A stretch of 63,853 nucleotides of DNA, the filler included, from Globobulimina sp. (taxonomy: Eukaryota): assembly GCA_003354225.1 (NCBI GenBank). It is 30 parts of 30 records of this genome, joined end to end, with 100 filler letters (N's around TTAATTAATTAA, not from the genome) between each part and the next. Parts side by side here need not be neighbours in the genome. Positions count along the whole stretch, not along the records: positions 10,667 to 12,699 come from PIVH01009575.1; positions 12,800 to 14,832 come from PIVH01009576.1; positions 14,933 to 16,965 come from PIVH01009577.1; positions 17,066 to 19,098 come from PIVH01009578.1; positions 19,199 to 21,230 come from PIVH01009579.1; positions 21,331 to 23,362 come from PIVH01009580.1; positions 23,463 to 25,494 come from PIVH01009581.1; 23 more parts are not named here. One strand, given 5' to 3'. The position numbers were made by a program, and so were the translations under genes. Each line of letters begins with the position of its first letter. Position 1 is the first letter of the stretch. The notes under the pieces were generated by a model that worked only from the letters and a program-made list of their open reading frames with translations, had not been told where the DNA came from and searched no databases. Below are positions 12,591 through 23,883 of the stretch, piece by piece.

Positions 12591-12933
12591 TATAATGTTT
12601 TATTGTTTTTTTTTAATGGTTCAAAAAGCAATTAATGTTTGCTTTTTGTTCAATAAATTATTGTTAAAACATTATAAATCAGAAAAGTTCTCATTGCTCN
12701 NNNNNNNNNNNNNNNNNNNNNNNNNNNNNNNNNNNNNNNNNNNTTAATTAATTAANNNNNNNNNNNNNNNNNNNNNNNNNNNNNNNNNNNNNNNNNNNNG
12801 TTTATAAACTTAATGGGAAGTTCATTGAAAACTTATGTAGAAACAAAGAAACAAAAATAGCTTTTTCTTGTTGCACGGAAAAAAAACATAAAAAAAATTA
12901 TTACGCATTTTGTGTGCGTGCAAGGATAAACAG

Positions 12934-14148
12934 TCATAATTTAATAAATTTTTTATTTTGTGCATTATCAAATATCGACTCGTGATATCCAACATATTTT
13001 ACATTATTTGACGCATTCCAAAAAGAATGCCTTTTATCCGAATCATTTTCATTCACAGCATTTTGGTGAATTTTTGCATAAAATCCACATAAATTGTCTC
13101 GTTCCAATAATTTCTCCAAATGGTGCTGTGATGTTTGCTGTTTAATGGCATCCCAACTTGATAAAAATTTCTCTTTTTCCAACTCGATTTTATTCTCTTT
13201 ATTCTCCATATCCATTTCACCAACTTCACCATCAAAATGTTGCCATACTTTTATTTCATTTAAAGTCGCAATCATAATATTTTCGTAATTATTTGCAAAC
13301 ACTTTCTCTTCTTTGCCTGCGATTTTCGCAAATAATTCCCCATTAAAACATTTCCTTAACATTCCACATTGCAATAAATATCTATGCAATGCATTTTGTG
13401 TATGAATAATAGCTGCATTTTGATCCACATTTTGGTTATCATTCGATGTAAAATCCTCATAAGATACGTTATGATATTCGCGCTGTGTTTGGCGTATTTT
13501 ATGTTGAAATAATTGCATATTTATACTTGGATCAATATTAACGCGTTTTGGTGGCCGTATATCCGATGTATTATGATATAATAACCTTCGTTTTTTATTT
13601 TTGTTTGTTTCATTGTCGTTAAGTTTGGGCATCGATAAATTGAAGCGATCATTATTTATTTCAGTGGATATTTCCTGTTCCATTTCATGTCTCCGTCGTT
13701 TACGTTGTTGGATACGATTTCTTTCTCTCTCTCTTTCTGTGCGTTGTAAATATTCAATATCACGATCAATATCTTCTAAATCTATTCCATTTATTGTATT
13801 ATCATTGCCTTTGCCATTGCCATTGTTATTGTTATTAGCACCAATTCGTTGTTGTTGATGATGATGACCGTATTTGTAATATTGCTGTTGTTGTGGCGGT
13901 GCGTGTTGTGAGTGATGAATAAGCGAATGGATTCCTTTCTGTCCAGATGGAATAATAAGTTTTTCTTTTACCATTGCATCTAATTTATACCATAATGCAT
14001 TGAATACTGCAGTTTTTAATCCGGGATATTTAGAAAATAATGTATTACAACAAATGTTGTTTAAATGGTCATGAAATGTTACCACATTATTGAAAATTAT
14101 CCCTTTACACACTGGGCATTGATGACGAGTCACGCTTTTCTCTGACAT
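12934..14148 (-). CDS. Hypothetical protein with N-terminal C2H2/C2HC-like zinc finger and Gln/Asn-rich tract
   Basis: HQCPVCKG..FHDHLNNIC; about 400-codon ORF. Confidence 0.7.
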   Translation of the reverse strand: MSEKSVTRHQCPVCKGIIFNNVVTFHDHLNNICCNTLFSKYPGLKTAVFNALWYKLDAMVKEKLIIPSGQKGIHSLIHHSQHAPPQQQQYYKYGHHHQQQRIGANNNNNGNGKGNDNTINGIDLEDIDRDIEYLQRTERERERNRIQQRKRRRHEMEQEISTEINNDRFNLSMPKLNDNETNKNKKRRLLYHNTSDIRPPKRVNIDPSINMQLFQHKIRQTQREYHNVSYEDFTSNDNQNVDQNAAIIHTQNALHRYLLQCGMLRKCFNGELFAKIAGKEEKVFANNYENIMIATLNEIKVWQHFDGEVGEMDMENKENKIELEKEKFLSSWDAIKQQTSQHHLEKLLERDNLCGFYAKIHQNAVNENDSDKRHSFWNASNNVKYVGYHESIFDNAQNKKFIKL

Positions 14149-14198
14149 GATAAGTCTAGACAACTGTAAGTAAAATTATATAATTATATAAAGATATA

Positions 14199-14832
14199 AT
14201 GGGTACATGTTGTACTAATTTCGACGAGCGATCACCAAGAGGTAAATGTAAATAAATTTAACAATACACCCATATGCATGCACATTTCACGACCAAACTC
14301 AATATTTAATATTACACTTAAGACACAGAGAAAATCAGGAAAAGAAGAAATGAGAAAATTGTAATTGTCGGTGGAGGTCCCGCCGGCATTCACATGTATT
14401 CATTATTCTGCAAAGCTGGATGGCAGAGTAAGAATATTACTCTCTTAGAGAAATCAAACCGTATCGGCGGCAAATCGTTCACCATTCAAGACAAAGGAAA
14501 AGGAGCCAATGATGATTTAGGCATCGTGCATGAAATGGGTCTATGTTATGCCCATCCGGACTATCATGCCATTTTCGACTTAATCAAAGAATATGATCCA
14601 GACAACGAATTTAAAGGTTCATACACACCCAATTTTTTTAATTCTTTTTTACTATATTTTGGTTATAAAATGTAATTAGGTGTACCGAGCAGAGGCTTGT
14701 TTGGCACGAATTTGTACGACGAGAAGGACCCCGCAGATCAAAGACATGTCCTTTTCTCAGAGTGGATATTGGCGCAAAGTGAAGAATTAGGAGTTCCCAA
14801 AGAATTTCATTGGATCAATGATGCGATAACCG
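14199..14832 (+). CDS. FAD-dependent oxidoreductase (amine oxidase-like) with MGTCC N-terminus; introns 14242-14322 and 14617-14679; 3' truncated
   Basis: Spliced reading MGTCCTNFDERSPRDTEK..KIVIVGGGPAG..LLEKSNRIGGKSFT..HEMG; both introns are GT-AG and frame-preserving. Confidence 0.85.
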
Positions 14833-15029
14833 NNNNNNNNNNNNNNNNNNNNNNNNNNNNNNNNNNNNNNNNNNNNTTAATTAATTAANNNNNNNNNNNN
14901 NNNNNNNNNNNNNNNNNNNNNNNNNNNNNNNNATATTTTGTAGCACATTAAGTTTTTAATTGAGTTGAAAACCTTGATATCGTTGCTGAACGAATGAAAT
15001 GGCACTGAATTATCGATTTTACTTTCTTT

Positions 15030-15188
15030 TCACTTAAATGCACTAACTCTAATATAAAAGAATACCATTCGTTCTTGTGAGTACCATGTGATTAAAATAA
15101 TTAAATCTGTTGCTAGGTCCAAAATTGACACAAGTGCAGCAAGCACATCAAAAACAAAACCAATTATCTTGTAAGATGGTGTAGACAT
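15030..15188 (-). CDS. 5' part of an XK-like multi-pass membrane protein (not in the ORF track)
   Basis: MSTPSYKIIGFVFDVLAALVSILDLATDLIILITWY: hydrophobic helix with a D..TD motif. Confidence 0.45.
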   Translation of the reverse strand: MSTPSYKIIGFVFDVLAALVSILDLATDLIILITWYSQERMVFFYIRVSAFK

Positions 15189-15255
15189 GATATGAATGAA
15201 TAAGTTGGCGCTTGAAGTTTAAGCAAGTCAATTAATTCAAGACAAATTACAATAA

Positions 15256-16431
15256 TTAATAATTATAAGAAGGCAATACTTTTTGAAGATCTTTGACATT
15301 CTGCAAATTAAATAATTGATGGTTGGCTGTTTTATGTAATAACTGAAATTGAGAGTGATTATCTCTTAAATCTAACCATTCAATGAATGTATTTTCATTT
15401 TGTTTTGGTGTGAATTGGCCAGAGATATAAATAATATTTGGATTTAACACGTTGTTAAATATATATTTTATATTTTTATTATGATTTGATTTTTTATTCA
15501 ATATGCTCCATTCATTATTGTTTATATCATACATTTGTATAAATTGTGTTGCTTTATTTTGTTTACTTAAACCACCGACAGCAAATATTTTATCTCCAAC
15601 AATTATCGACGATGCTGATGAACTGTCATAGATCATATCTTTGCAATTAATAATTGTATCATTTGCAACATTAAACATTTCCATATTTTTTGCAAATTCG
15701 CCATCAAAACCTCCGATAATAAATATATTGTTTTCATTATAATTACATAGCGAAGGAAAACACTTTGAAGCACATAATGTTGACTTCATTTGTGTCCATT
15801 GTAATGTGGCTAAATTGAAATAACTTATTTTATCCATTCTATCCCAGTTTGAATCAGCGCCTCCAAAACAATATATATTATCACCAATTGCCTTGTTATA
15901 AATATATGCGGCACTCGATATTGTCTCACTTAATGACGGCAATTGTATATGAAAAGCATCATTGTCAGTATCTGCATATAATATCATTTCACATAAATCT
16001 GTGCTTTGCCACATTGCATCACGTCCACCAAACCGAAATATCATTGAAACATTATTTTGTTGCAATTGTGGCATGTTTCCACATTCGTTTTGTAACCATA
16101 ACCATGATGGTATCTTAATATTTGATACAATACAAAGACCAGCATATTTATTATTATTTTCAAGCATGAAATTAGAGGCTTCATTTGTTTTAATGTCAAT
16201 GATCGCTAATTTGGATCCGCTGCCTTTAGTTATATTTAAAATATGTATTCCAGCATTTTCACTTCCTCCATTCCATAGTATCAAATATGGATTTCCAGTT
16301 AAAAAATAATTGGAGATCATTGATATTATTTCTTTTGGTGTGGATATCAGACTGCATTTCATAATTTTACGGGTATAGCCGCTTATTAATAGCAATGAAC
16401 GTAGCGTTACTAGTACGTCTGTTCTATTCAT
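15256..16431 (-). CDS. Kelch-repeat beta-propeller protein
   Basis: Blades FRFGG, YCFGG..W, FIIGG, FAVGG..YD..NEW; N-terminal LISGY.R..IP.EII..I..Y segment. Confidence 0.9.
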   Translation of the reverse strand: MNRTDVLVTLRSLLLISGYTRKIMKCSLISTPKEIISMISNYFLTGNPYLILWNGGSENAGIHILNITKGSGSKLAIIDIKTNEASNFMLENNNKYAGLCIVSNIKIPSWLWLQNECGNMPQLQQNNVSMIFRFGGRDAMWQSTDLCEMILYADTDNDAFHIQLPSLSETISSAAYIYNKAIGDNIYCFGGADSNWDRMDKISYFNLATLQWTQMKSTLCASKCFPSLCNYNENNIFIIGGFDGEFAKNMEMFNVANDTIINCKDMIYDSSSASSIIVGDKIFAVGGLSKQNKATQFIQMYDINNNEWSILNKKSNHNKNIKYIFNNVLNPNIIYISGQFTPKQNENTFIEWLDLRDNHSQFQLLHKTANHQLFNLQNVKDLQKVLPSYNY

Positions 16432-17135
16432 TGCATTTTATAGTTCAACTAGTAAGATTGAAAACAGCTTAAATAAATGAAATATCGAACATATAGGCAT
16501 CAAATGAAATGAGAATGGAATAATATGCATTTGATGCGGAATTCAAGTGTGGTGACAGTAGTTTATGGTGAAACATTGGACGTTAAATATGGTGGTTATT
16601 CTGTAAAAATGGTACAGGATGAAAGTAGAGATCGAGGAGGTAGTTTTGGTGAAATTTTGGCCATCTGGAAATCCGGTCATTGAAAAACGCGGATTTGATG
16701 AAAAAAGTAGACTTAATAGTGTTGTAATTGACGGCAAACTCAGAAGAGAATGAACCTAAGATTTAAATTAAACAATTTATTACAACGGATTCGTCTGATT
16801 CGGTGTTACAAAGGACTCACACGAAAAGAATGAAATTTACCATATTGAGGATGATTATTTTGTTTAATCTCTAATTTATAATTATATTTAGCATATTTGA
16901 TTGAATGTTTATTTATTAATTCATTTAATGATTTCATACTATTTTTTGGATGACAAATATCAATCNNNNNNNNNNNNNNNNNNNNNNNNNNNNNNNNNNN
17001 NNNNNNNNNTTAATTAATTAANNNNNNNNNNNNNNNNNNNNNNNNNNNNNNNNNNNNNNNNNNNNAAATGATACAAAGTATATTCCACTAAGAAAAAAAC
17101 ATTTATGTGTTTTTTACATTGTCACTATGTTGCTG

Positions 17136-17771
17136 TCATTTTGGTTTATTAAGTGCATGGAATTGCGTTGCATGGCCTTCACCACAAATCTCACATATTT
17201 TTTGTTTAATGCCTCGCATTGCTTTTTTCTTTTTTTTCGGCCTATGTTTATTTTGTTGCTTTGTATCATTATCAGCTTCTTCATCAAGTATAAGATCTTG
17301 CAATTTTTTCCCTTTATTGGCTGAGGCAATTATACCTCCGTTGGCTATATTTTTATTATGGCACATTCTCCCAAATGAATAAATACCATTTAACACTGCC
17401 GTCATATTTTTGCCATCTCTCAAGTCTCCACCTTCAAACGATTCGTGTACGGACAATCCTAATTTTTTTGCTGCTGAATTAAAAGCTGCAATTCGTTGCA
17501 TATCAAATATATTCATTCCAACTCTTTGTTGCATTACTTTTGAATTTACCGCATTTGGGGCAATTTTATTTACAAATTCACAAAGTAATACGCCATTTGA
17601 TAATTCTCTCTGTAAATATTGTTCAGCATTTCCTTTTTGTAATATCTGTTTTCCCATTACACGATTTATCCAATCTACCACTTGATCATTTTGAACTTGA
17701 TCATATTTTGATTTCTGAACATCTGCTTGTTGTTTGGAGTATCCTTTGGCTTTGTTGATTTGAAAAGCCAT
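17136..17771 (-). CDS. Calponin/transgelin-like CH-domain protein with a C-terminal CxxC..H..H motif
   Basis: WINRV, LSNGVLLCEFVNKIAP, FEGGDLRDGKNMTAVLNGIYSFGR. Confidence 0.85.
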   Translation of the reverse strand: MAFQINKAKGYSKQQADVQKSKYDQVQNDQVVDWINRVMGKQILQKGNAEQYLQRELSNGVLLCEFVNKIAPNAVNSKVMQQRVGMNIFDMQRIAAFNSAAKKLGLSVHESFEGGDLRDGKNMTAVLNGIYSFGRMCHNKNIANGGIIASANKGKKLQDLILDEEADNDTKQQNKHRPKKKKKAMRGIKQKICEICGEGHATQFHALNKPK

Positions 17772-17810
17772 GTTTTGACTGAATAATATAATTAACCTAC
17801 TGACAAAAAC

Positions 17811-19098
17811 ATGGAGTTGGTTAACATGGTCTCATTAGCGCCCAATTCAGAGCTCATGGTCATTGAATATGTTCCCTTGGAAGAAACAATCAGAGACAAA
17901 AACATTTATATTGTGCATCAATGTGAAAATGGTGATAAAACACAATTATTTCACGAACTGCAAAGCGAACAAATAATTGATATTACAGCAATTGAATTTT
18001 GTACAGGAAAGAATTTAAAATCAGAAATGACTCATATTAATCAATATTTATACAAACAATTTACTCACAATCCACTATCCTGCGACCCATTAAATGAAGG
18101 ACTGGCAGTAATGAGGGCGGATAACTGTGTATATGTTGATAGCTCATCATGTGTTTATTGGCGCGTCGAAGTTATGTATCAAAGCAAAATTGGATATATT
18201 AAGGTCAGTGATGAAACATTAGCACCACAGCATCATAACTGCCTCATTCGCATTGTGATGAAACTGTGCAATTTTATTATTTCGTATGCAATGCTATGGA
18301 CAATTATTTGTGACATATTATTGATTATAAATGTATATTCTAAAGGGGAGGATGTCACATTTTTTATCACAGCCATCATATTTGTTATTATTCCAATTTT
18401 ATTCTGCGAGATTATCATATATTTTATGGTACATATTCCAACAATGTCCGTTTGTTAAATGCATTTGCAATGAATTTCCAATGATATAACAAATGGGCAT
18501 TGAAATGATATCCAATTTGAACTGGCATTATTACAGGAAATCACAGACAAAATTTTGTTGAAAAACCTTGTAATAAGTCCAGATCAAATTAGTTGCCATC
18601 TTATAACAAAAGCTTTTTACCAATAATGAATCCGACAAACTCCACCATTTAATATCTTATCCATTTTGTTTTTTATACATTCCAATTTTAAATATAGCCT
18701 TTTTTTTCTTCAGCAATCATCCCAAAATAACATTTTTATGCAGTTTAATAGCAATGTTGTTATGCGGTATAATGACATTTCCATTGTTTATAATCAATTT
18801 GTCTTTTATTTTAGGTATCATCTCAAATTAAATTAACATGTCACATTACTCATACTCATACATATTCCAATATTGATCCGATTTAGTTAGTATTTGGAAA
18901 ATGTGACACGTTAATTTGGATTGTATAGAAACATACGATGAATATGAAACAATTTCTATTTTCAACATATTGCAATTCATATTTTCATTATTTACACTTT
19001 CCGTGTCACCATTTATTAATTTATTAATCATAAAAATCAAATTTTTTATGATGGATGGAATTGCATTGACATTTAAAGACAAACTGAAATTATATTTT
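17811..19098 (+). CDS. Multi-pass membrane protein (XK-like); frame broken after 18458 by introns and/or lesions
   Basis: Hydrophobic helices in ORF 17811..18458; further TM-like segments in other frames at about 18620-18830 and 18916-19098. Confidence 0.5.
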
Positions 19099-19198
19099 NN
19101 NNNNNNNNNNNNNNNNNNNNNNNNNNNNNNNNNNNNNNNNNNTTAATTAATTAANNNNNNNNNNNNNNNNNNNNNNNNNNNNNNNNNNNNNNNNNNNN

Positions 19199-20790
19199 TC
19201 ATCAATAAAAATGATGTTTTAGCTAAGTCTTCGTCCACTTGGGATGGAATTATGTGACCACTGGCTAGACCTGGAAACATTACAGTGGGGCACTTCTGAC
19301 TATATTGGTACCTGATCCATACATGGAACCCTTTCAGGCCGAGTGGTACCATTATTGAACACAAGTTCCATCTGGTACCATATATGTTATGGTACAACTT
19401 AGTCTGAAAGGGTACCATATGGTACGGGTTCCATCCATGCATGCATATGCATTGTGTACTATATGGTCAGAAGTGCCCCACTGTATTATGTAAATGTACG
19501 GTAACAGTTCGTACTGTCATGTTTCAAAAGATTGTAATGTTTGTGCAATCGTTTTCAGCAAAAAAAGTCCAGCTAAATTTTGTCTATGGGATTTCACTTT
19601 AGACAGTAATAATGGTTGGAACTTCCTTCCCAGCACAGGAACCCAGACTGACTGAGAGGCCACTTCTTCTGCCACTTCGTAATTGTTTTGCAAGCCCATA
19701 GACAACAGGTCGGACTTGTTTTCTCAAGATTAGAAAATCGTTTTTATATCACGTCGCCTATTTTGAAACATAAGTGAAACGGGTTGACGATAAAGGATCG
19801 ATAAATTATGATGTGCATTTAAACTCTACTATTCATACGTATAGTCAACAGTATACAAAGTACAGTTTTGTACGGTGAAAGTATACGACGACCTGTTACC
19901 ACATACTGACAGTAGAACGCCTAAAAGCCTTAGTAAGAAATACCTACTTGCATGTACACTATTAGGCATTTCAAGTGCGCTACTTCCAGTGCTACTTTCA
20001 CTTGTTCTCGCTTCGGACTTGACATAAAACTTGAATTATTGGCCGAATCTTTAGGCAATTTCAAATCGCAATTAGCCCCATATTGCAACATCCCTGCAGC
20101 TGCAGTCAACGCCACCCTTTGTAATGCAACCAAAACGGCAGTAAATTCGTCATGATTCATTTCTTTGGCCATGTAACATTTGGGTGTTTCCAAATTACCA
20201 AACGATGACGAAATATAACCGTCTGAAGAAGCCGCGGCAGCTGCCGCGATTCCGGCCGACGCGGCTAATGAGGCTGTGGAAGTGCTCGGGCCTGGAGTCG
20301 GGGTCCGACACGACCACTGCATGGGGAACCAGATTTTTCGGCCAATATGAGTTCGGCCTCTCGTTCGCAAGCGACAATACGATGCAATTCGGACTGGCCA
20401 CAGAGAATGTAACTGAAATTAATGGTATTTTCGATATACACAAATCATCACGCGTGATGATCAAATGCAGATTATCACGTCGACGACCGTGACAACACAC
20501 ATAATATACGTTTTAATAACGCGTGATACGGCAAACGTTTGATTCAAATGGAGATCACGTTGACAACCGCGATTAACACGATTTTTCATCGCGCGTGACA
20601 TGACGAACGTACTTTTGGGGGTGGTCATAGCAGTAGGAGGGGGTTGTCTCAATTCGTCCAGTACTGCAGCAACAGAAGGGTCGCAAGGTGTCAAGAGAAG
20701 TAATTGTCTAACTTGACCACTTATATTTTGTTCATCCAATGTGGCTAATTCATTCAAAAGATCGAATACTTGACCATTTGATGTCATCAT
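19199..20790 (-). CDS. Internal exons of a metazoan-type USP24/USP9X-like deubiquitinase
   Basis: VFDLLNELATLDEQNISGQVRQLLLLTPCDP and MNHDEFTAVLVALQRVALTAAAG resemble USP24 segments recalled from the family; base composition differs from the AT-rich contigs. Confidence 0.6.
19283..19483. mobile_element. Tc1/mariner-type MITE (201 bp)
   Basis: Perfect 18-bp TIR CAGTGGGGCACTTCTGAC, TA on both flanks (19281-82, 19484-85), internal GGTACCAT subrepeats. Confidence 0.85.
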
Positions 20791-20906
20791 ACTGAGGGGA
20801 GGACTTTCTCGTTTTCACTCGCGCTTTTGGCATCTCTGAAATGATGTATACAAATGATGATTTAAAGTAGCAAGCTTGCATAAAGTTTGTAGCCGAGCAC
20901 GTACGT

Positions 20907-21230
20907 GTGACAATCGAAGAAAGGGTGATATCGAATAAAAAAGTGTGACAATCGAAGAAAGCGTGATACAAAAGCGTGACAGTCTAAGAAAGCGTGATAC
21001 AACAGCGGATATAAAAGCGTGTCAGTCGAAGAAAGCGTGATACAACAGCGTGACAATCGAAGAAAGCGAGATATACTCGAATAAAAAAGCGTGACAATCG
21101 AAGAAAGCGTGATACTCGAATAAAAAGCGTGACAATCGAAGAAAGCGTGATACTCGAATAAAAAGCGTGACAATCGATGAAAGCGTGATACTCGAATAAA
21201 AAAGCGTGACAATCGAAGAAAGCGTGATAC
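20907..21230. repeat. Minisatellite, unit about 38 bp (GTGACAATCGAAGAAAGC + GTGATACTCGAATAAAAAAGC)
   Basis: About 8-9 imperfect tandem units running to the contig end. Confidence 0.95.
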
Positions 21231-21356
21231 NNNNNNNNNNNNNNNNNNNNNNNNNNNNNNNNNNNNNNNNNNNNTTAATTAATTAANNNNNNNNNNNNNN
21301 NNNNNNNNNNNNNNNNNNNNNNNNNNNNNNTACAAAATCTTCCATGTCACCCGAAC

Positions 21357-22649
21357 ATGTTTTCGAGTAGCGCTTGTATTATGGCAGTGGACAGAGCAAA
21401 TCAACGAAAAAGTTCAACATCAAAAAAATCGACAAAATCGAAAGCAAATATTATTAATCCATATCTAGATGAAGACCTAATAAATAATATACGTAAAAAT
21501 ACAGGTGATTCATTACAAAGTGCAAACACAAATCATTCTTTACAAAGTTTAGGTGGATTGGATGAGAACCACGAGAATGACTATGCCAATGCTGATCAGG
21601 AACTACAGAAATTCTTGGATACAAATGAGCCAATCACACTAAATATCGGTGGCATAAAATACCAGACCACACTAACCACATTGTCTAAATATAAGGAATG
21701 TTTATTATACAAAATGTTTGAAGGATTATTCTCAATTAAACCAAACAAAGATGGCTCCTATTTTATTGATAGAAATGGCAAATATTTTGAATATATTTTA
21801 GATTATTTGCGAAATGGAAAGTTAAATATACCCATAAATGACAATAATTCATATTTGATACATCATTTGCTGTCCGAAGCGGATTACTATCAAATTGCGC
21901 CCTTAATCCAAGAATTAACATTCTTAAAAATTGGAACAAAGATATTAAAGCCAGAAAATTTATCCAAAATACAGCAATGGATAATTCAAGAATTTCCAGA
22001 CAGAAAAAATAATAATTTAATATTCCAATGGAAATTATTATATGAATGGAATTGTGATGATATTACATTAAAAAATCCATATAATGTCATGCACGCAAAA
22101 TGTGAGGGTATTAGCAGTATATTAATTGTATTATTATGTGGTAATCGGGTATTCGGCGCCTATTCATCGGTTAAATGGAAAGCAAAGGATATTAATGATA
22201 ACGAATCATTTGTTTATTGGTTAGGTAAGGAAGTTATTGCAAATAATATTTATAACGGTAATGATAATGATCATGATCATGACCATTCATTCGATACAGA
22301 TTCAAAAACTAGTGCTAATCATCGTGATTCCCATCATCCCCATCCCCATCATCATGATCATGATCATGATGAAATAAAACAAGACATAAAACAAGACAGA
22401 AAACATAAGTTTAATTATGATTCTTATCGAGAATTTAAATCATTTGATAGTAATTCAGAAAATCATCGATGTATGAAATTTTGCGGTGGATATAATGATG
22501 TTGTTGTTTGTAGATATCGTGCAGCAAAACAGCAATATGGACATTTTTCAATATATACAAATGAAACTGGTTATACTGTTACCGCCTCTGGCCCCTTATC
22601 CTTAGATAATTCTATGCATTTACAACGAATGGAAATATTTCATATTTGA
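21357..22649 (+). CDS. KCTD-type BTB/POZ plus TLDc-like domain protein with a His/Asp-rich insert
   Basis: ITLNIGGIKYQTTLTTL..YFIDRNGKYFEYILDYLRNG..EADYYQI; WKLLY..HAKCEG..RVFGAYSSVKW..ESFVY. Confidence 0.9.
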   Translation: MFSSSACIMAVDRANQRKSSTSKKSTKSKANIINPYLDEDLINNIRKNTGDSLQSANTNHSLQSLGGLDENHENDYANADQELQKFLDTNEPITLNIGGIKYQTTLTTLSKYKECLLYKMFEGLFSIKPNKDGSYFIDRNGKYFEYILDYLRNGKLNIPINDNNSYLIHHLLSEADYYQIAPLIQELTFLKIGTKILKPENLSKIQQWIIQEFPDRKNNNLIFQWKLLYEWNCDDITLKNPYNVMHAKCEGISSILIVLLCGNRVFGAYSSVKWKAKDINDNESFVYWLGKEVIANNIYNGNDNDHDHDHSFDTDSKTSANHRDSHHPHPHHHDHDHDEIKQDIKQDRKHKFNYDSYREFKSFDSNSENHRCMKFCGGYNDVVVCRYRAAKQQYGHFSIYTNETGYTVTASGPLSLDNSMHLQRMEIFHI

Positions 22650-22840
22650 ATTGATAATTTTTTTTGTTTAATTAAAGTGTTCCAATTTTGCCTCTGTCTG
22701 TCGATGGTTGTGAGAAAAAAAAACATAATCCTATTGTCATTGCAAAAAACAAAGTGAAACAAGAGATTGAAATTTAAAATAACTGTAAAAAATCAATTAA
22801 ATATGTCAGTCAACGAATGAACACAAATCTAAATAATTAA

Positions 22841-23362
22841 TTATTTATAAAATGGTAAGGTTTCAACATCCTTTGTCATAACTTTTGAATACGCTTCTTC
22901 AAAATCCTTGGGTATAATGACATATCTGTTATGTCTGACCGCCTGCAATCCAGACTCTTGGCATATGGCCGCTATGTCGGCAGCAGATAACTTATCACTT
23001 CGAGAGACATAATCCTCCAAATCCACTTCATCCGACAAGTTCATTTTAGCAGTACATACTTGAAATATTAATCTTTTCTGTCTCCGATCAGGATGAGGAA
23101 ATAATATCTTTCTATCCAACCGCCCGGGTCTTAGCAATGCCGGATCCAATGTATCCGACCTATTGGTCGCCATAATTACTTTGACATTGGTAGTTTGATC
23201 AAAACCATCCATTTGATTTAAAAATTCTAATAATATTCTTTGCACTTCTCGATCTGCACCGGTTTGCGCATCAAATCGTTTTGTTGCAATGGCATCCACT
23301 TCGTCTACAAATATAATGGAAGGCGCATTATCTTTTGCCAATCGAAATACATCCAGTACCAT
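22841..23362 (-). CDS. PSMC4: 26S proteasome regulatory ATPase Rpt3 (subunit 6B), 3' part
   Basis: [41 protein letters not shown]-terminal HbYX motif FYK. Confidence 0.95.
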   Translation of the reverse strand: MVLDVFRLAKDNAPSIIFVDEVDAIATKRFDAQTGADREVQRILLEFLNQMDGFDQTTNVKVIMATNRSDTLDPALLRPGRLDRKILFPHPDRRQKRLIFQVCTAKMNLSDEVDLEDYVSRSDKLSAADIAAICQESGLQAVRHNRYVIIPKDFEEAYSKVMTKDVETLPFYK

Positions 23363-23883
23363 NNNNNNNNNNNNNNNNNNNNNNNNNNNNNNNNNNNNNN
23401 NNNNNNTTAATTAATTAANNNNNNNNNNNNNNNNNNNNNNNNNNNNNNNNNNNNNNNNNNNNTCTTGTTGCGCGAGCACATATATTGCAATATCTTAAAT
23501 AACTAATTCCTGCCGCACGATATGCCTCTTTGTAGAATGACATTGTGACCTATGTTGATGAAAGACTGTCGAATGATGTTTTACTTTCACTTCAAAAAAC
23601 AGTAAACCTTTTTCGCTCCGATGCAGCCTGACCACACGTTCCGGTGCAACCAATAAAAAACCAGTAAATTATAGCGAAGCTGATCAAGTCATCACGATCT
23701 TACATTCAGTGCAGTTTTGTTATTTAATTCTATTAATTCCAAAAAAAATCTCAAAAACAAACACAAAATCCCGGCCCGCAAAACTGCAAATAACACCGTT
23801 AGAGATTGAATATGTATCAAAATCCACCAACTTCTCCTCGCCGACCAGTACGTTCATGCACTCGTAAACGCAAACAAAATGAA

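Noticed and set aside
16525-16753. Short coding-like stretch upstream of the kelch gene
   Set aside because: Fragmented across frames with no recognisable motif.
20907-21230. CRISPR-like array
   Set aside because: Units are contiguous with no unique spacers and no cas genes; it is a minisatellite.
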